From a virus: a stretch of 64,000 nucleotides of DNA. Positions 54,045 through 63,610 of the stretch are shown piece after piece (position 1 is the first letter of the stretch; the number at the start of each line of letters is the position of its first letter). Location of the stretch: IMG/VR virus record IMGVR_UViG_3300036770_004917, positions 1-64,000 of that record; one strand, given 5' to 3'. The notes beneath the pieces were generated by a model. That model was not told where the DNA came from, ran no database searches, and was given only the letters and a program-made list of their open reading frames with translations. Made by a program: the position numbers and the translations under genes.

Positions 54045-56094
54045 ACGGGCGACTAAATTCCCAAGCCCGTCGCGCCTCGCCGGAAGCAACCTTTGGTCGG
54101 GTGTTGGCTATTGCGTCAATGAAAATTGACGTAATGGAAGAGCGTAGGGCGGTATTCCGTGCGGATTCTTCCTGAATCCCATATGAGTTGTAGATTGCCG
54201 AACCAACTTGTGAATGAATCCCGTCAATGATTTCTTTGATTCGTGTCATTTGTGATTCAATGTTCACAACAGTGTCCTGTGCAGCGGGAATTCTGTATCC
54301 ATCAGACTTTTCGGAGTAAAGTGCTTGGGAATCACGAATTATTGTTGATAAAACCGGCTTGATGTCTTCGTCAATTTGCTTATGCCATACATCCAGGGAT
54401 AGGACGGAATCAACATCCAGTGAGCCCTGCATTAGTGACTTTCTGGATTTCTGGCCGCCAACCTTCTCTAACACCACGCGCTGCATGCGCTCCAGGACTC
54501 GCTCTATTCCTCTATCGAGGATTTCTGTCCATCTTGAAAGTGATGTTTCATTGGCGTCGTCCTTGGTGGATATCTCATGGCTTGTGGCGCTCATCATGCC
54601 CATGCCCTGAGGCATGCCTCCCTGCATTGGAGGCTGTGGGGCAGCAGCACCCATCGACTCTATGGCCATGGCACCAGCCATCGTGGTTGGGTCTGGTGGT
54701 GCTCCGGCAGCCATATCAGGCGGCATTGCTGCCATATCGCCACCAGGCATTCCTGGAGGCATACCCGGCGCTCCAGGGGGCATTCCTGGTGCTCCTGGTG
54801 GCATTCCAGGACCGCCCGCTCCTGGCATTGGCATTCCGGGCTGTGCAGGCGCCATTGGCTTCTTTGTATTGGCGATTGGGGTGAGGTTGGGATTCATGAG
54901 GAGGCTGTCGGCTAAATCTGCCTCAACATCCTTGCGACCAGTTCCAGTTCTATACTCGTTGACAGAAATCAATCCAGCGCGCAATTCCTCTAGCAGGTAT
55001 CTCTCTACTTCCTGTTTTGCAATAATTAGAACAGGGACACTGGATGTATCAAAATCAACGTAGTGCTCGGGGTCAAGTTCATCAAAGGCGCGCGCAAGAA
55101 CTTCGAGGTGTGGAGACATTGTCTCGTTCCAGAAAACACGAATTTCTTCACTGGCATTCGAAAACGTTCTGCCTGCGGCATTACCAATTACTGATTCTGG
55201 AACGCCAAATGAAGAAAGGATTTCCTCTTTAGTAATTTGGCGCATCTGGATATAGGCGGCATCTCGTGGATTCGATGAGGTATCAACGAAGTCGACGCCA
55301 TCATCGGCAGAAATAACCGTCGTTTGACCAACGCGACCTAAATTACCTCTAAACCTATTGCGTAGTTCGTCTTTATCATCATCATCAATTTCGCCACGCA
55401 AAACAAGCAGGCCACCGGGTCGCCCGTCATTCAGTAAGTAGTTTCTGTTATATAACTTGGCAAGGTTCTCAATTTCAATGGCAATGCCTGCCGACTCCAT
55501 CGGAGTGAGCGAAAGATACGGGTCAATTGGATGCGGCCTACGAATCCAGCAGACATCTTCTGGCTTCATAATAACCTTGTCGCCATTAGGCATTAAAACT
55601 TCGTACCCAGACACAAATGTCTTGGGGTCTGGGATTGGGGATGTTGATTGCGGGGGAAGGAGGTTTAGGCCTATGACTCCACCGTCGCGCCCGCGAACTT
55701 TCTCAATGAATACACCACGTGTGCCGAGCAGTAATTGCGATGAAACCCTATATCTGAATATAAATGAATTTTCACCAATATTTGATTTGGTATTTAGGAT
55801 GTCTAGCAAACTACTATTCTTCGCTGCCTTACCCTTGACAATCATTCCTTCGGGAGAATTGTCTTTACGCAAAATTATTGGCAACCGTGCCTGATTCCCG
55901 GCAATCGCATCAATGCAGCGCGCTACCCACGTAACCTTCTGCATGCCCTCGCGGTATGCCCGTTCAATATCCCATGGGTCGCGGTAGCCCTTGCCAACGT
56001 AGGACGAGTTTTGCGCGACTGTTCCACCAGGTCCAAATGCAGATTTCTGCCCCTGGTTGTCAAGCGACTTATTGTCGGTTTTGTTCCAAGCCAT
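54043..56094 (-). CDS. Portal protein (HK97 family) with Pro/Met/Gly linker and C-terminal helical extension
   Basis: WV..CI..IA...A.LP, L.PM, N.GRPGG.L, EI...FGVP...G...TFSN, G.I..NE.R. Confidence 0.93.
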   Translation of the reverse strand: MAWNKTDNKSLDNQGQKSAFGPGGTVAQNSSYVGKGYRDPWDIERAYREGMQKVTWVARCIDAIAGNQARLPIILRKDNSPEGMIVKGKAAKNSSLLDILNTKSNIGENSFIFRYRVSSQLLLGTRGVFIEKVRGRDGGVIGLNLLPPQSTSPIPDPKTFVSGYEVLMPNGDKVIMKPEDVCWIRRPHPIDPYLSLTPMESAGIAIEIENLAKLYNRNYLLNDGRPGGLLVLRGEIDDDDKDELRNRFRGNLGRVGQTTVISADDGVDFVDTSSNPRDAAYIQMRQITKEEILSSFGVPESVIGNAAGRTFSNASEEIRVFWNETMSPHLEVLARAFDELDPEHYVDFDTSSVPVLIIAKQEVERYLLEELRAGLISVNEYRTGTGRKDVEADLADSLLMNPNLTPIANTKKPMAPAQPGMPMPGAGGPGMPPGAPGMPPGAPGMPPGMPGGDMAAMPPDMAAGAPPDPTTMAGAMAIESMGAAAPQPPMQGGMPQGMGMMSATSHEISTKDDANETSLSRWTEILDRGIERVLERMQRVVLEKVGGQKSRKSLMQGSLDVDSVLSLDVWHKQIDEDIKPVLSTIIRDSQALYSEKSDGYRIPAAQDTVVNIESQMTRIKEIIDGIHSQVGSAIYNSYGIQEESARNTALRSSITSIFIDAIANTRPKVASGEARRAWEFSRP

Positions 56095-56096
56095 AA

Positions 56097-56306
56097 TTAA
56101 TCAGAGCCCAGCAGATATCCGTATATTCCGCAATTTACACCTGCCACGATAAGGGCCAAAGGGGGCAACAAAAGACCTGCTCCAATGGCTGTGAGCAATA
56201 CAAACAATACCATTAAAAAATGAGCGGAAAAGGAACGAGTCACGATACGCTCCCTTTGTAGATGAACTCTTAACCGAAGTAGTAATTTTGCGATAATTGT
56301 TTTCAT
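56097..56306 (-). CDS. Small membrane protein preceding the portal
   Basis: 69 aa with two hydrophobic segments; ends 2 nt before the portal start. Confidence 0.65.
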   Translation of the reverse strand: MKTIIAKLLLRLRVHLQRERIVTRSFSAHFLMVLFVLLTAIGAGLLLPPLALIVAGVNCGIYGYLLGSD

Positions 56307-56382
56307 ATGGTATGGTTCTTGTGTGCCTTAAAGTGATTCACGAGATGCAATCTAATACATCGCGGGCCGTCCGGAGTGGAAG

Positions 56383-57687
56383 ATGACTGACTGGAATAAA
56401 GTTCTCCAATTTTTGGAGCCAAAGCAACCATCGTTCTGCCCGGAAGAACCGTCACTCACGCAAAAAGTTTTCCTCCGAACATATTCGCTAGAAGCATTAT
56501 TTGGCGGAGCAGCAGGTGGTGGGAAATCGTCAGCATTATTAATGTCAGCGTTGCAATATGTAGATGTTCCTGGCTATTCTGCAATTATTTTCCGTCGTAC
56601 ATATGCCGACTTGGCCCTTCCTGGAGCCATCATGGACCGGTTCATTAATTGGATGTCCACCGTCGATGATGTTCGCTGGAACGCCAATAATTACACCGCA
56701 ATATTCCCTTCTGGGGCACGACTTTCCTTTGGTTACCTAAATAACCAACAGGACTTCTTGCGCTATAAGGGTGCCGAATTCCAGTTTATCGGCATGGACG
56801 AGGTGACCGAAATCAGGGAATCGGACTACCGATATATGTTCTCTCGTCTACGTCGCCCGGCTTCAGGCCCACTGGCCCAAGTCCCCCTCAGGATGCGCTC
56901 AGCCTGCAACCCTGCACCAAACTGGGTGCGCCAGAGATTCATCGTAGAGGGGCAAAGCGAGGGTCGCATTTTCGTACCATCAAAATTGTCCGATAACCCC
57001 GGCATTGACGCCGACTCTTATCGCACGGCACTGCAGGCACTGGACCCACTTGAGCGTCGCCGCCTAGAAGAGGGCGACTGGTGGGCCACTACCCTCGGGT
57101 CGATGTTCCAACGAGAGTCAATTGTGATTATCGACCAGACCGATATCCCCAAAATTACATCATCGGCCCGTGCCGTCAGATTCTGGGACCTTGCCGCAAC
57201 GGAGCCTTCTCACTCAAATCCCAACCCCGACTGGACCGTTGGTACATTAATGTTATTCGATGGCGGAATTGCGTATGTCCTTGACGTACGTCGTGCGAGG
57301 GTACGAGGCGAAAAGGTGGAGGAATTGATTGCTCAGACCGCCTACGAGGATGGGCATGCCGTGGCAATTCGCATGGAGCAAGAACCCGGGTCATCGGGCA
57401 AGGGGCTAGTTGACCAATATGCTCGGTACGTTCTTCCGGGATTTGATTTTATGGGAATCAGGTCAACGGGCGACAAGGTAACCAGGGCGCGACCATTTGC
57501 GGCTGCCGTGGCCAACGGCAATGTTAGGTGCGTCCGTGGCCCCTGGCTCACCGACTGGCTTGATGAGTTATCCACCTTTCCTGAAGCGTGCGACCACGAC
57601 GACCAGGTAGACTCTGCCGTCGGTGCATTTACACATCTTGCTGGTTTGGGGTTGCCCCAACGCAAGCGAGTGGGTATCATCGTCTGA
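56383..57687 (+). CDS. terL: Terminase large subunit
   Basis: Walker A GGAAGGGKS, Walker B IGMDE, ACNP, RNaseH-like FWDLA...HDDQVD. Confidence 0.95.
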   Translation: MTDWNKVLQFLEPKQPSFCPEEPSLTQKVFLRTYSLEALFGGAAGGGKSSALLMSALQYVDVPGYSAIIFRRTYADLALPGAIMDRFINWMSTVDDVRWNANNYTAIFPSGARLSFGYLNNQQDFLRYKGAEFQFIGMDEVTEIRESDYRYMFSRLRRPASGPLAQVPLRMRSACNPAPNWVRQRFIVEGQSEGRIFVPSKLSDNPGIDADSYRTALQALDPLERRRLEEGDWWATTLGSMFQRESIVIIDQTDIPKITSSARAVRFWDLAATEPSHSNPNPDWTVGTLMLFDGGIAYVLDVRRARVRGEKVEELIAQTAYEDGHAVAIRMEQEPGSSGKGLVDQYARYVLPGFDFMGIRSTGDKVTRARPFAAAVANGNVRCVRGPWLTDWLDELSTFPEACDHDDQVDSAVGAFTHLAGLGLPQRKRVGIIV

Positions 57688-57712
57688 CACGCTTAATACG
57701 GAAGGGGTTCCA

Positions 57713-58198
57713 ATGGATGCGCTAGAGCGCATTGCCGATATTCGGCAAATTTTGAGCAACTGCATTAATGATGTTGTGAATTCACCCGACATGGAGGTCG
57801 GCGGAGTCTGCGAGGTGCTATACGCACTCCGTGAACTCAAGAAAGATTTGGGCCTGCTGGATGGTGAACTTGAGCAGGCGGCAATCGGGAAAATGGAAGA
57901 GAACATTATCCTCCTCCCCTCCGGTCAGCAGGTCGAGCGCCGAACAGGAGCAGACAGGAAAGCGTGGGACCACAAGGGTCTTGCCACAATTGTCGCCAAC
58001 AGAATTTACGAATCATCCATTGACATGGACACCGGCGAGGTCCTATTGTCACCAACGGAGATGATGGCAAAGATGCTTGATTACGCCGCACCGTCATATT
58101 GGCGAGTGGGTGAACTTGGGAAAATTGGCGTGTCGGCTGATTCATATTGCGAAAAATCCGAAGGCAAAGTCAGCATTTCCATAACGTCAAAGAAGTAA
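57713..58198 (+). CDS. Hypothetical protein of the recombination module
   Basis: ATG after GGAAGGGG; ORF-track start at 57623 overlaps terL. Confidence 0.7.
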   Translation: MDALERIADIRQILSNCINDVVNSPDMEVGGVCEVLYALRELKKDLGLLDGELEQAAIGKMEENIILLPSGQQVERRTGADRKAWDHKGLATIVANRIYESSIDMDTGEVLLSPTEMMAKMLDYAAPSYWRVGELGKIGVSADSYCEKSEGKVSISITSKK

Positions 58199-58213
58199 TA
58201 AAAAGGACCAATA

Positions 58214-59038
58214 ATGGCAACCGCCAAGAAGCAACCCCAAACTAAAACGAATGGAGAGAACGAAGTGGACAGCGAGCCAATCGCAGCAACCAACTATCTA
58301 CAAGAGCGCATTGCGGAGGATTCCTATTACTCCGAGCGACGCGCAAAAGATGAACAAAAGCGCAAAGAAGACCTACATCGTCTTCTCGTCGACCTGAGCG
58401 AGCCCTTCCCTCCCGAAGTTGAGCGGGAACTGAGAAAGGGTGGAACATCCCTGACGTACATTCCCGTTAGTGAGGTGATTACTCGTCTGAATCGCTGCTT
58501 CGGGGTGACTGGATGGTCGTCGGAAATCATACGATGCGAGCGTGACCCGCTTGACCCAGACTTTATTGTTGCTCACGTTCGGCTGAGCACCCACAGTGGC
58601 GATATGTACCCGAATGTAACCAAGGATGGTTTCGGTGGGCAGAAAATCAAGCGAACCAAGGCTGGCGAAATTGTTGACCTTGGAGACGAGTTCAAGGGCG
58701 CTGTTTCCGATGCCCTGAAGAAGGCTGCCCAGCAATTCGGCGTTGCCCTGTATCTCGCTCGTTCTGACGAGGCACTCAGTATTGAAATTGAGCAAGATAT
58801 GGCTCAATCACGCCCACAGATTGACCCCAAAGTCGTTGCACTCTGGGAGCAGTTCCGTACATTGAGTGGCACCTTTGGTGCTGAGCAAAAAGCACAGTTG
58901 GGTCAGTTCTGGAACGAGTACGCCAATGGGGCCCCCAAGCCAACATTGGAGACAGCGACGCCACAAATTCTCATGGCGCTTATTGAAGAATGCACGAGGA
59001 TTAGTTTCCCCGGCTCGCAAGTCATCGTTGAAGAATAA
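58214..59038 (+). CDS. Rad52/Rad22-like (Sak-type) ssDNA annealing protein
   Basis: L.YI....V..RLN..FG..GW; K.AVSDALK.AA..FG...YL. Confidence 0.88.
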   Translation: MATAKKQPQTKTNGENEVDSEPIAATNYLQERIAEDSYYSERRAKDEQKRKEDLHRLLVDLSEPFPPEVERELRKGGTSLTYIPVSEVITRLNRCFGVTGWSSEIIRCERDPLDPDFIVAHVRLSTHSGDMYPNVTKDGFGGQKIKRTKAGEIVDLGDEFKGAVSDALKKAAQQFGVALYLARSDEALSIEIEQDMAQSRPQIDPKVVALWEQFRTLSGTFGAEQKAQLGQFWNEYANGAPKPTLETATPQILMALIEECTRISFPGSQVIVEE

Positions 59039-59041
59039 TCC

Positions 59042-59830
59042 ATGAACCAACCCGATGGCATCGGGGGGCCGCCATACACGCCTCCCCCATATCTATCCCC
59101 TTCGTCAATGGGCACATTTCGGCAGTGTCCGCAGAAATTCAAGTTCAATAAAATTGATGGGATTCCTGACCGACCGAGCGAGGCAACGCTCCTTGGAAAC
59201 TTTGTCCATGAAATATTGGAGGAGTTCTATGCTCAGCCAATTGATGAGCGGTCGATTGCTTCGGCAAAGGTATTGGCTGCGGAGGTTTGGGCAAAGTCGG
59301 AGTGGGAAAAGCGGATTGAGGGATTCGTAAAGCCCGAGCAGCACCGCCGCTTTCGTTGGAGTGCATGGTGGTGCTTGGAGAATCTGTGGAAGATTGAGAA
59401 TCCAAAGTCAATTGAACCAATTGGCATTGAACGCGAGGTCAATGGGCTACTCGGCAGTGCGACCGTAAAGGGCTTTATTGACAGGTACGAGCGCATCGGT
59501 GATGGCACGATATGTATTTCCGACTACAAGACCGGCAAGACTCCAAGTAAGTCATGGGTTGCAGACAAGTTTGTTCAGTTGCGAATCTACGCTGCCCTCA
59601 TGTCGCAAGATGTGCCAGATGTTGGCCAACTCAAGTTGCTTTACCTAAAGGACGGTGTATCATTCTCCTACACGATTAATGAGGATAATAATCAAGAAAT
59701 CATCAACTACGTAGATGAAACTTATGCAAGCGTCCAATCGGCGTGCCAAAGTGGAGATTTCCCATATGTCCGGTCACGACTCTGCGACTTTTGTGCCTAT
59801 AAATCAATATGCCCAGGATGGAAAAAATGA
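59042..59830 (+). CDS. RecB/Cas4-like PD-(D/E)XK exonuclease
   Basis: LSPS...CP, G..VH..LE, G.IDR, DYKTG, QL.IY, C..C.....C. Confidence 0.9.
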   Translation: MNQPDGIGGPPYTPPPYLSPSSMGTFRQCPQKFKFNKIDGIPDRPSEATLLGNFVHEILEEFYAQPIDERSIASAKVLAAEVWAKSEWEKRIEGFVKPEQHRRFRWSAWWCLENLWKIENPKSIEPIGIEREVNGLLGSATVKGFIDRYERIGDGTICISDYKTGKTPSKSWVADKFVQLRIYAALMSQDVPDVGQLKLLYLKDGVSFSYTINEDNNQEIINYVDETYASVQSACQSGDFPYVRSRLCDFCAYKSICPGWKK

Positions 59831-60336
59831 CAAATGTAATTAGTGATGACGCCTTTGCGTATTTTGTTGCGGAAGAAGTAAAAAACAAACTCTCTCCGGC
59901 TCAACGAAATACCTTACTTCAGCGTGAAAACTGGGACCGTTGGCAGCGAGCATTGGTCGCCCTGACCGAAAACCTGAAAGACCAGATTCAGCAGATAGCC
60001 GGAGCAGAGGCAGAAGATGAGCGTCGTTTTGAGGGGATAGGCAGCAAGCGAATGCAGAAGGAGATACGTGGGGCATACGCCGACCGTCGCCTCCGCGTTG
60101 AGAGATTCTTGTTCCATGTAAACAAGCGCCTTGATGAAGTAACCAAGATGATTGAAACAGGTGTTGCGCCAGAAGCAAACCCTTGGGAAGTGATTGACTT
60201 CTTTAAGCGTGCGATTTTTGAGCATCGCAAATTGATGGACGAACACGACCTAGAGCCAACACCTATTGATGAGGCTCTATGGGCTGCGCTGTCTGATAAA
60301 TGGCTTTTTGATAAAATAGATACATCACTTCTGTAG
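59827..60336 (+). CDS. Hypothetical coiled-coil protein
   Basis: ATGA-coupled ORF in the operon. Confidence 0.7.
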   Translation: MTNVISDDAFAYFVAEEVKNKLSPAQRNTLLQRENWDRWQRALVALTENLKDQIQQIAGAEAEDERRFEGIGSKRMQKEIRGAYADRRLRVERFLFHVNKRLDEVTKMIETGVAPEANPWEVIDFFKRAIFEHRKLMDEHDLEPTPIDEALWAALSDKWLFDKIDTSLL

Positions 60337-60348
60337 TAAGGGTGTGCA

Positions 60349-60657
60349 GTGCGTAGACGAAGCAAAAAACGCGAAAAAGAGTACGTGATACGCAGGGAGG
60401 TCGTGGAACGGCTCCTATCCGAGCGTCCATACTGCGAAGCCTGTCCAAAATTTGCCAAATATGACGGGAAAGTCTCATACGTACGGCGCGGAAGCGTAGA
60501 TATCCACGAGATTGTTAGACGGTCTCAGGGTGGCTCAATAATAGATGAACCAAACCTTTTGGCCGTATGTCGTGAATGTCATAATCGCATAGGCCGAGAG
60601 CCTCAATTGGCCTTTGACCTTGGTTTGGCTAAACATGGTTGGGAACGAGATAGTTAA
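60349..60657 (+). CDS. HNH endonuclease
   Basis: CEAC...DIHE...RSQGG...NL..VC..CH. Confidence 0.85.
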   Translation: MRRRSKKREKEYVIRREVVERLLSERPYCEACPKFAKYDGKVSYVRRGSVDIHEIVRRSQGGSIIDEPNLLAVCRECHNRIGREPQLAFDLGLAKHGWERDS

Positions 60658-60751
60658 GTCGTCACAAATTTGGGGTGATTGTTCACTACGGGGGCGGCGT
60701 AATGTAGTAAAGTCTATTTGTCGTAACCCACACTAGACACGGAGACACAAC

Positions 60752-61132
60752 ATGAGTTCAGTCCTTACCCTCCAGGTTCCTGGCACGCTTTCAACTTCAA
60801 CTGATGTGAAGGTTGTGGCCCCAGTTTCCGGAAAAATCACCGCTGCCTATGCAGCAGTAACCACCGCCCCCGTTGGTAGCGCACTTACAGCCACGGTGCT
60901 AAACGGCGCCGACACTGCTGTTGCTTTCTCAATTGCTGCTGCCGGAACCACCGATGATGGCACCCTCACTGCTGCCAACTGCTCCTTTGATAAGGGCGAC
61001 GTCATCACTGTTGATGTCACCGCAGTCGGCTCAACCACCGCTGGCGCAAACTTGGTCGTATCGTTGGCCATTGAGGTTGACGCCGAAGAGACCACCCCAA
61101 TCACCATCTCGCCAGACAACCGCTTCGGCTGA
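60752..61132 (+). CDS. Putative virion decoration/structural beta-rich protein
   Basis: GGAG SD; Ala/Thr/Val-rich; GD.I.VDV..VGST.AG..L.V pattern; flanked by its own terminator. Confidence 0.6.
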   Translation: MSSVLTLQVPGTLSTSTDVKVVAPVSGKITAAYAAVTTAPVGSALTATVLNGADTAVAFSIAAAGTTDDGTLTAANCSFDKGDVITVDVTAVGSTTAGANLVVSLAIEVDAEETTPITISPDNRFG

Positions 61133-61209
61133 GCCTGATAGCGGCACCGTCTAGCGGTGCGACAAACGAATACCTTTGGGTGCGTAGTTCCGTTACCTTA
61201 GGAGTCACT

Positions 61210-61234
61210 GACGGGAGGGAGACCTCCCGTCTTT
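61210..61234 (+). terminator. Rho-independent terminator
   Basis: GACGGGAGG-GAGA-CCTCCCGTC then TTT. Confidence 0.7.
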
Positions 61235-61261
61235 GGCATTTTCTGGTGCTACTGTGCGTGA

Positions 61262-61795
61262 ATGGTTCTCATGGGGCTCGACCTCTCTTTGACGTCTACT
61301 GGTATCTCAATCGATGGGAACACGCAAGCCATAGTAAGTAAATTCAAGGAAACCAAACGCCTTGCAGATATCCGTGACCAGTTGTCGCTTATCTTGGTTC
61401 AATTTGGGGTGCAGGGTGTTGTTGTTGAGGGTTACGCATTTGCGGCACGTAATTCCCAATCACACAAGATTGGCGAACTGGGTGGAGTAGTTCGCTTACT
61501 CCTTCATGAGATGATGATTCCTTTTGTTGATGTCCCACCAACAAGCCGAGCAAAATTTGCTACTGGCCGTGGTAATGCAGCAAAGACAGAAGTTATTTCT
61601 GCAGTTTCAGCAAGAACCGGCTTGATTTGGTCCGGCAAGAGTGCTGACGACGAATGCGATGCATGGTTGCTTGAAGAGATGGGCTTGCAGGCCATTGGGT
61701 TGGGCAAGTACCATTGGCCTGAGAGCAATATGACCGCCATCAAGAATGTTGACTGGTCGCCAATTAAGGAAGGTGTTACACATGGGTCTGCGTGA
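61262..61795 (+). CDS. RuvC-like Holliday junction resolvase
   Basis: MGLDLSL..TG, VVEG, K.FATG.GNA.K, D..DA. Confidence 0.85.
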   Translation: MVLMGLDLSLTSTGISIDGNTQAIVSKFKETKRLADIRDQLSLILVQFGVQGVVVEGYAFAARNSQSHKIGELGGVVRLLLHEMMIPFVDVPPTSRAKFATGRGNAAKTEVISAVSARTGLIWSGKSADDECDAWLLEEMGLQAIGLGKYHWPESNMTAIKNVDWSPIKEGVTHGSA

Positions 61796-62129
61796 TAATC
61801 CAATTAGTCAGGTTGAGATTGAATCAGAACTCCTTCGCCTGATTGACATGCTTGAAGAGGAGACTGAGGCATTCGAAAAACTTGCCGAGGATGCTGCCAA
61901 AAAGGAAGCCATCTACAAGGCGAATTGGGCAAAGGAATACCTTGCGGCAAAGGGCTCAATCAAGGAGCGCGAAGCGTGGGCTGACTACAAGTTGGCCGAT
62001 GAACAATTTGATTACAAGATTTCGGAAGCCCTCGTTAAGTCTAAGAGGGAGAAATTACTCTCACTGAGAACGTCCATAGATGCAATGCGTACATTGAATG
62101 CCAACGTGCGCGCCCAGGTCATGCCTTGA
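61782..62129 (+). CDS. Hypothetical coiled-coil protein
   Basis: ATG after AAGGAAGG; helical heptad pattern. Confidence 0.65.
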   Translation: MGLRDNPISQVEIESELLRLIDMLEEETEAFEKLAEDAAKKEAIYKANWAKEYLAAKGSIKEREAWADYKLADEQFDYKISEALVKSKREKLLSLRTSIDAMRTLNANVRAQVMP

Positions 62130-62599
62130 TTCCGTCACGCAGGGAACTCAACTGGCTAAAGTCATGCATCCAGTTGGCCCAAACATTTTCTACCTGTTCT
62201 AAAAGACAATATTTTGCAGTTGTGTTGATGGAAAATGGACGGGTCGCTGGCGTTGGCTACAACGGCTCGCCGCCCGGAATTGGTCATTGCAACGAGGGGC
62301 ATTGTCCACGATACGCACAGAACAGCGAACCTGGCTCCAATTACGATAATTGCATCGCCCAGCATGCCGAGGCCAATGCCTTGCTTTGGTCGGACCCTTC
62401 ACTGCGCTCTGGTGGAACCCTAATTGTGAATGGTCCTCCGTGTTTTGGTTGTGCTAAACAAATTGCTTCTGCGAATATCCAAAGAGTTATCTATCTTGAG
62501 GACTCTTCGTATAGTGATGCTGGACGTTCTTTCAATTTGCTAACTTCTGCTGGGATAGAGTTAGTTCAAGTTAGTCAATCGCTTCTGGAGGCGTCGTGA
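62126..62599 (+). CDS. dCMP deaminase family protein
   Basis: STC, GYNG.P.G..HC, HAE.NA, PC..C. Confidence 0.92.
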   Translation: MIPSRRELNWLKSCIQLAQTFSTCSKRQYFAVVLMENGRVAGVGYNGSPPGIGHCNEGHCPRYAQNSEPGSNYDNCIAQHAEANALLWSDPSLRSGGTLIVNGPPCFGCAKQIASANIQRVIYLEDSSYSDAGRSFNLLTSAGIELVQVSQSLLEAS

Positions 62600-63399
62600 A
62601 TCACAATGTAGACGAATCTTTGTCGAATCTCTTGGTTGATATTGAGACATTGGTTCCATTGGTTGGAAACCCAAGAAGAGGCAATGTTGACGCTATTGCT
62701 GCGTCATACGCCGAATTTGGCCAAGTTAAGCCCGTTGTCATTCGTCCCAATGATGATGGCACTGCGACAATTATTGCCGGTAACCACCAGGTGATGGCGG
62801 CCAAGAAACTTGGATGGACACACATTGCTGCGGTGCAGATGGACGCCGATGATTCACGTGCAATTGCATTTGCCCTTGCGGACAACAGGACATCTGAATT
62901 GGGAAAGACTGACGATTCATTGGTCTCAGAGTTGCTTGGTGGGGTTATAGATGATTACGGTGATTTATTTGACAGGCTTGGTTGGGATGAGTTTGAAATT
63001 GCAGCAATGGAAGAAGAGTCTTTCATGCAAGAACGAACTACAGAATCACGAGAATCGCAACAGTATATTCCTCCGGTGATTCAACCAATTGCCGATATTG
63101 GTGAAGCAATTCTTTCTTCCTTAGTGAAAAAGAACAGTGAAGGGGAATCACAGATAGTTGCCCCTTCAACAGTTGAACATAAGGATGTTGCGGTTCAGGG
63201 TAGCGGTCTTGTAACAAATGCGATGCAAGTTCCCAGTGGGCCTAAGGCAGTCGTTCAGTACACAATTGTTTTCGATGACCCAGAACAGCAGCGCCGTTGG
63301 TATGACTTCATTCGCTGGCTGCGAAATGAGGCAGCCTATGACGGTGAAACGAATGCAGAAAAACTAATATCGTTTATTGATGCGCACTCCGAGTGCTAA
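62596..63399 (+). CDS. ParB/Srx-like N-terminal domain protein
   Basis: NPR, FG...P.V, IIAGNH...AA..LGW, LADN. Confidence 0.85.
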   Translation: MNHNVDESLSNLLVDIETLVPLVGNPRRGNVDAIAASYAEFGQVKPVVIRPNDDGTATIIAGNHQVMAAKKLGWTHIAAVQMDADDSRAIAFALADNRTSELGKTDDSLVSELLGGVIDDYGDLFDRLGWDEFEIAAMEEESFMQERTTESRESQQYIPPVIQPIADIGEAILSSLVKKNSEGESQIVAPSTVEHKDVAVQGSGLVTNAMQVPSGPKAVVQYTIVFDDPEQQRRWYDFIRWLRNEAAYDGETNAEKLISFIDAHSEC

Positions 63400-63400
63400 T

Positions 63401-63610
63401 TCACCATTTTCCAAGAGGGCAACTTGAGCCTTTGAGGCGAACCTTAATCTTCATAAAACACCCACACTCTTTGCAGGTTTTTGTGGGGGTGAATAGGCGG
63501 TCGCATGCGATGCAGATATTCCACCGCTTAACTGCAAAATTGGGAGCATCCATATCTCCATCAATGCCTGCGTCGGAGTAGTCATCTGGTTCAAGCGACA
63601 TTTTTGGCAT
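63401..63610 (-). CDS. Small Cys-rich metal-binding protein
   Basis: R..IC..C...C..CGCFM..K......CP.GKW; start at 63610 or 63601. Confidence 0.7.
   Translation of the reverse strand: MPKMSLEPDDYSDAGIDGDMDAPNFAVKRWNICIACDRLFTPTKTCKECGCFMKIKVRLKGSSCPLGKW

Noticed and set aside
2146-55894. Many plus-strand ORFs of 60-375 aa (e.g. 21784-22911, 4436-5161)
   Set aside because: They are antisense shadows of long minus-strand genes with no recognisable motifs; 21784-22911 mirrors the pentapeptide repeat
56383-57687. Intein or intron in terminase
   Set aside because: Length (434 aa) is normal and no splicing motifs are visible
59042-59830. Cas4-like gene as part of a CRISPR-Cas system
   Set aside because: No array or other cas genes seen; its context is a Rad52-type recombination module
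61133-61170. Hammerhead-like CTGATAG-stem-ACAA
   Set aside because: The core deviates from CUGANGA/GAAA and stems I and III are not evident
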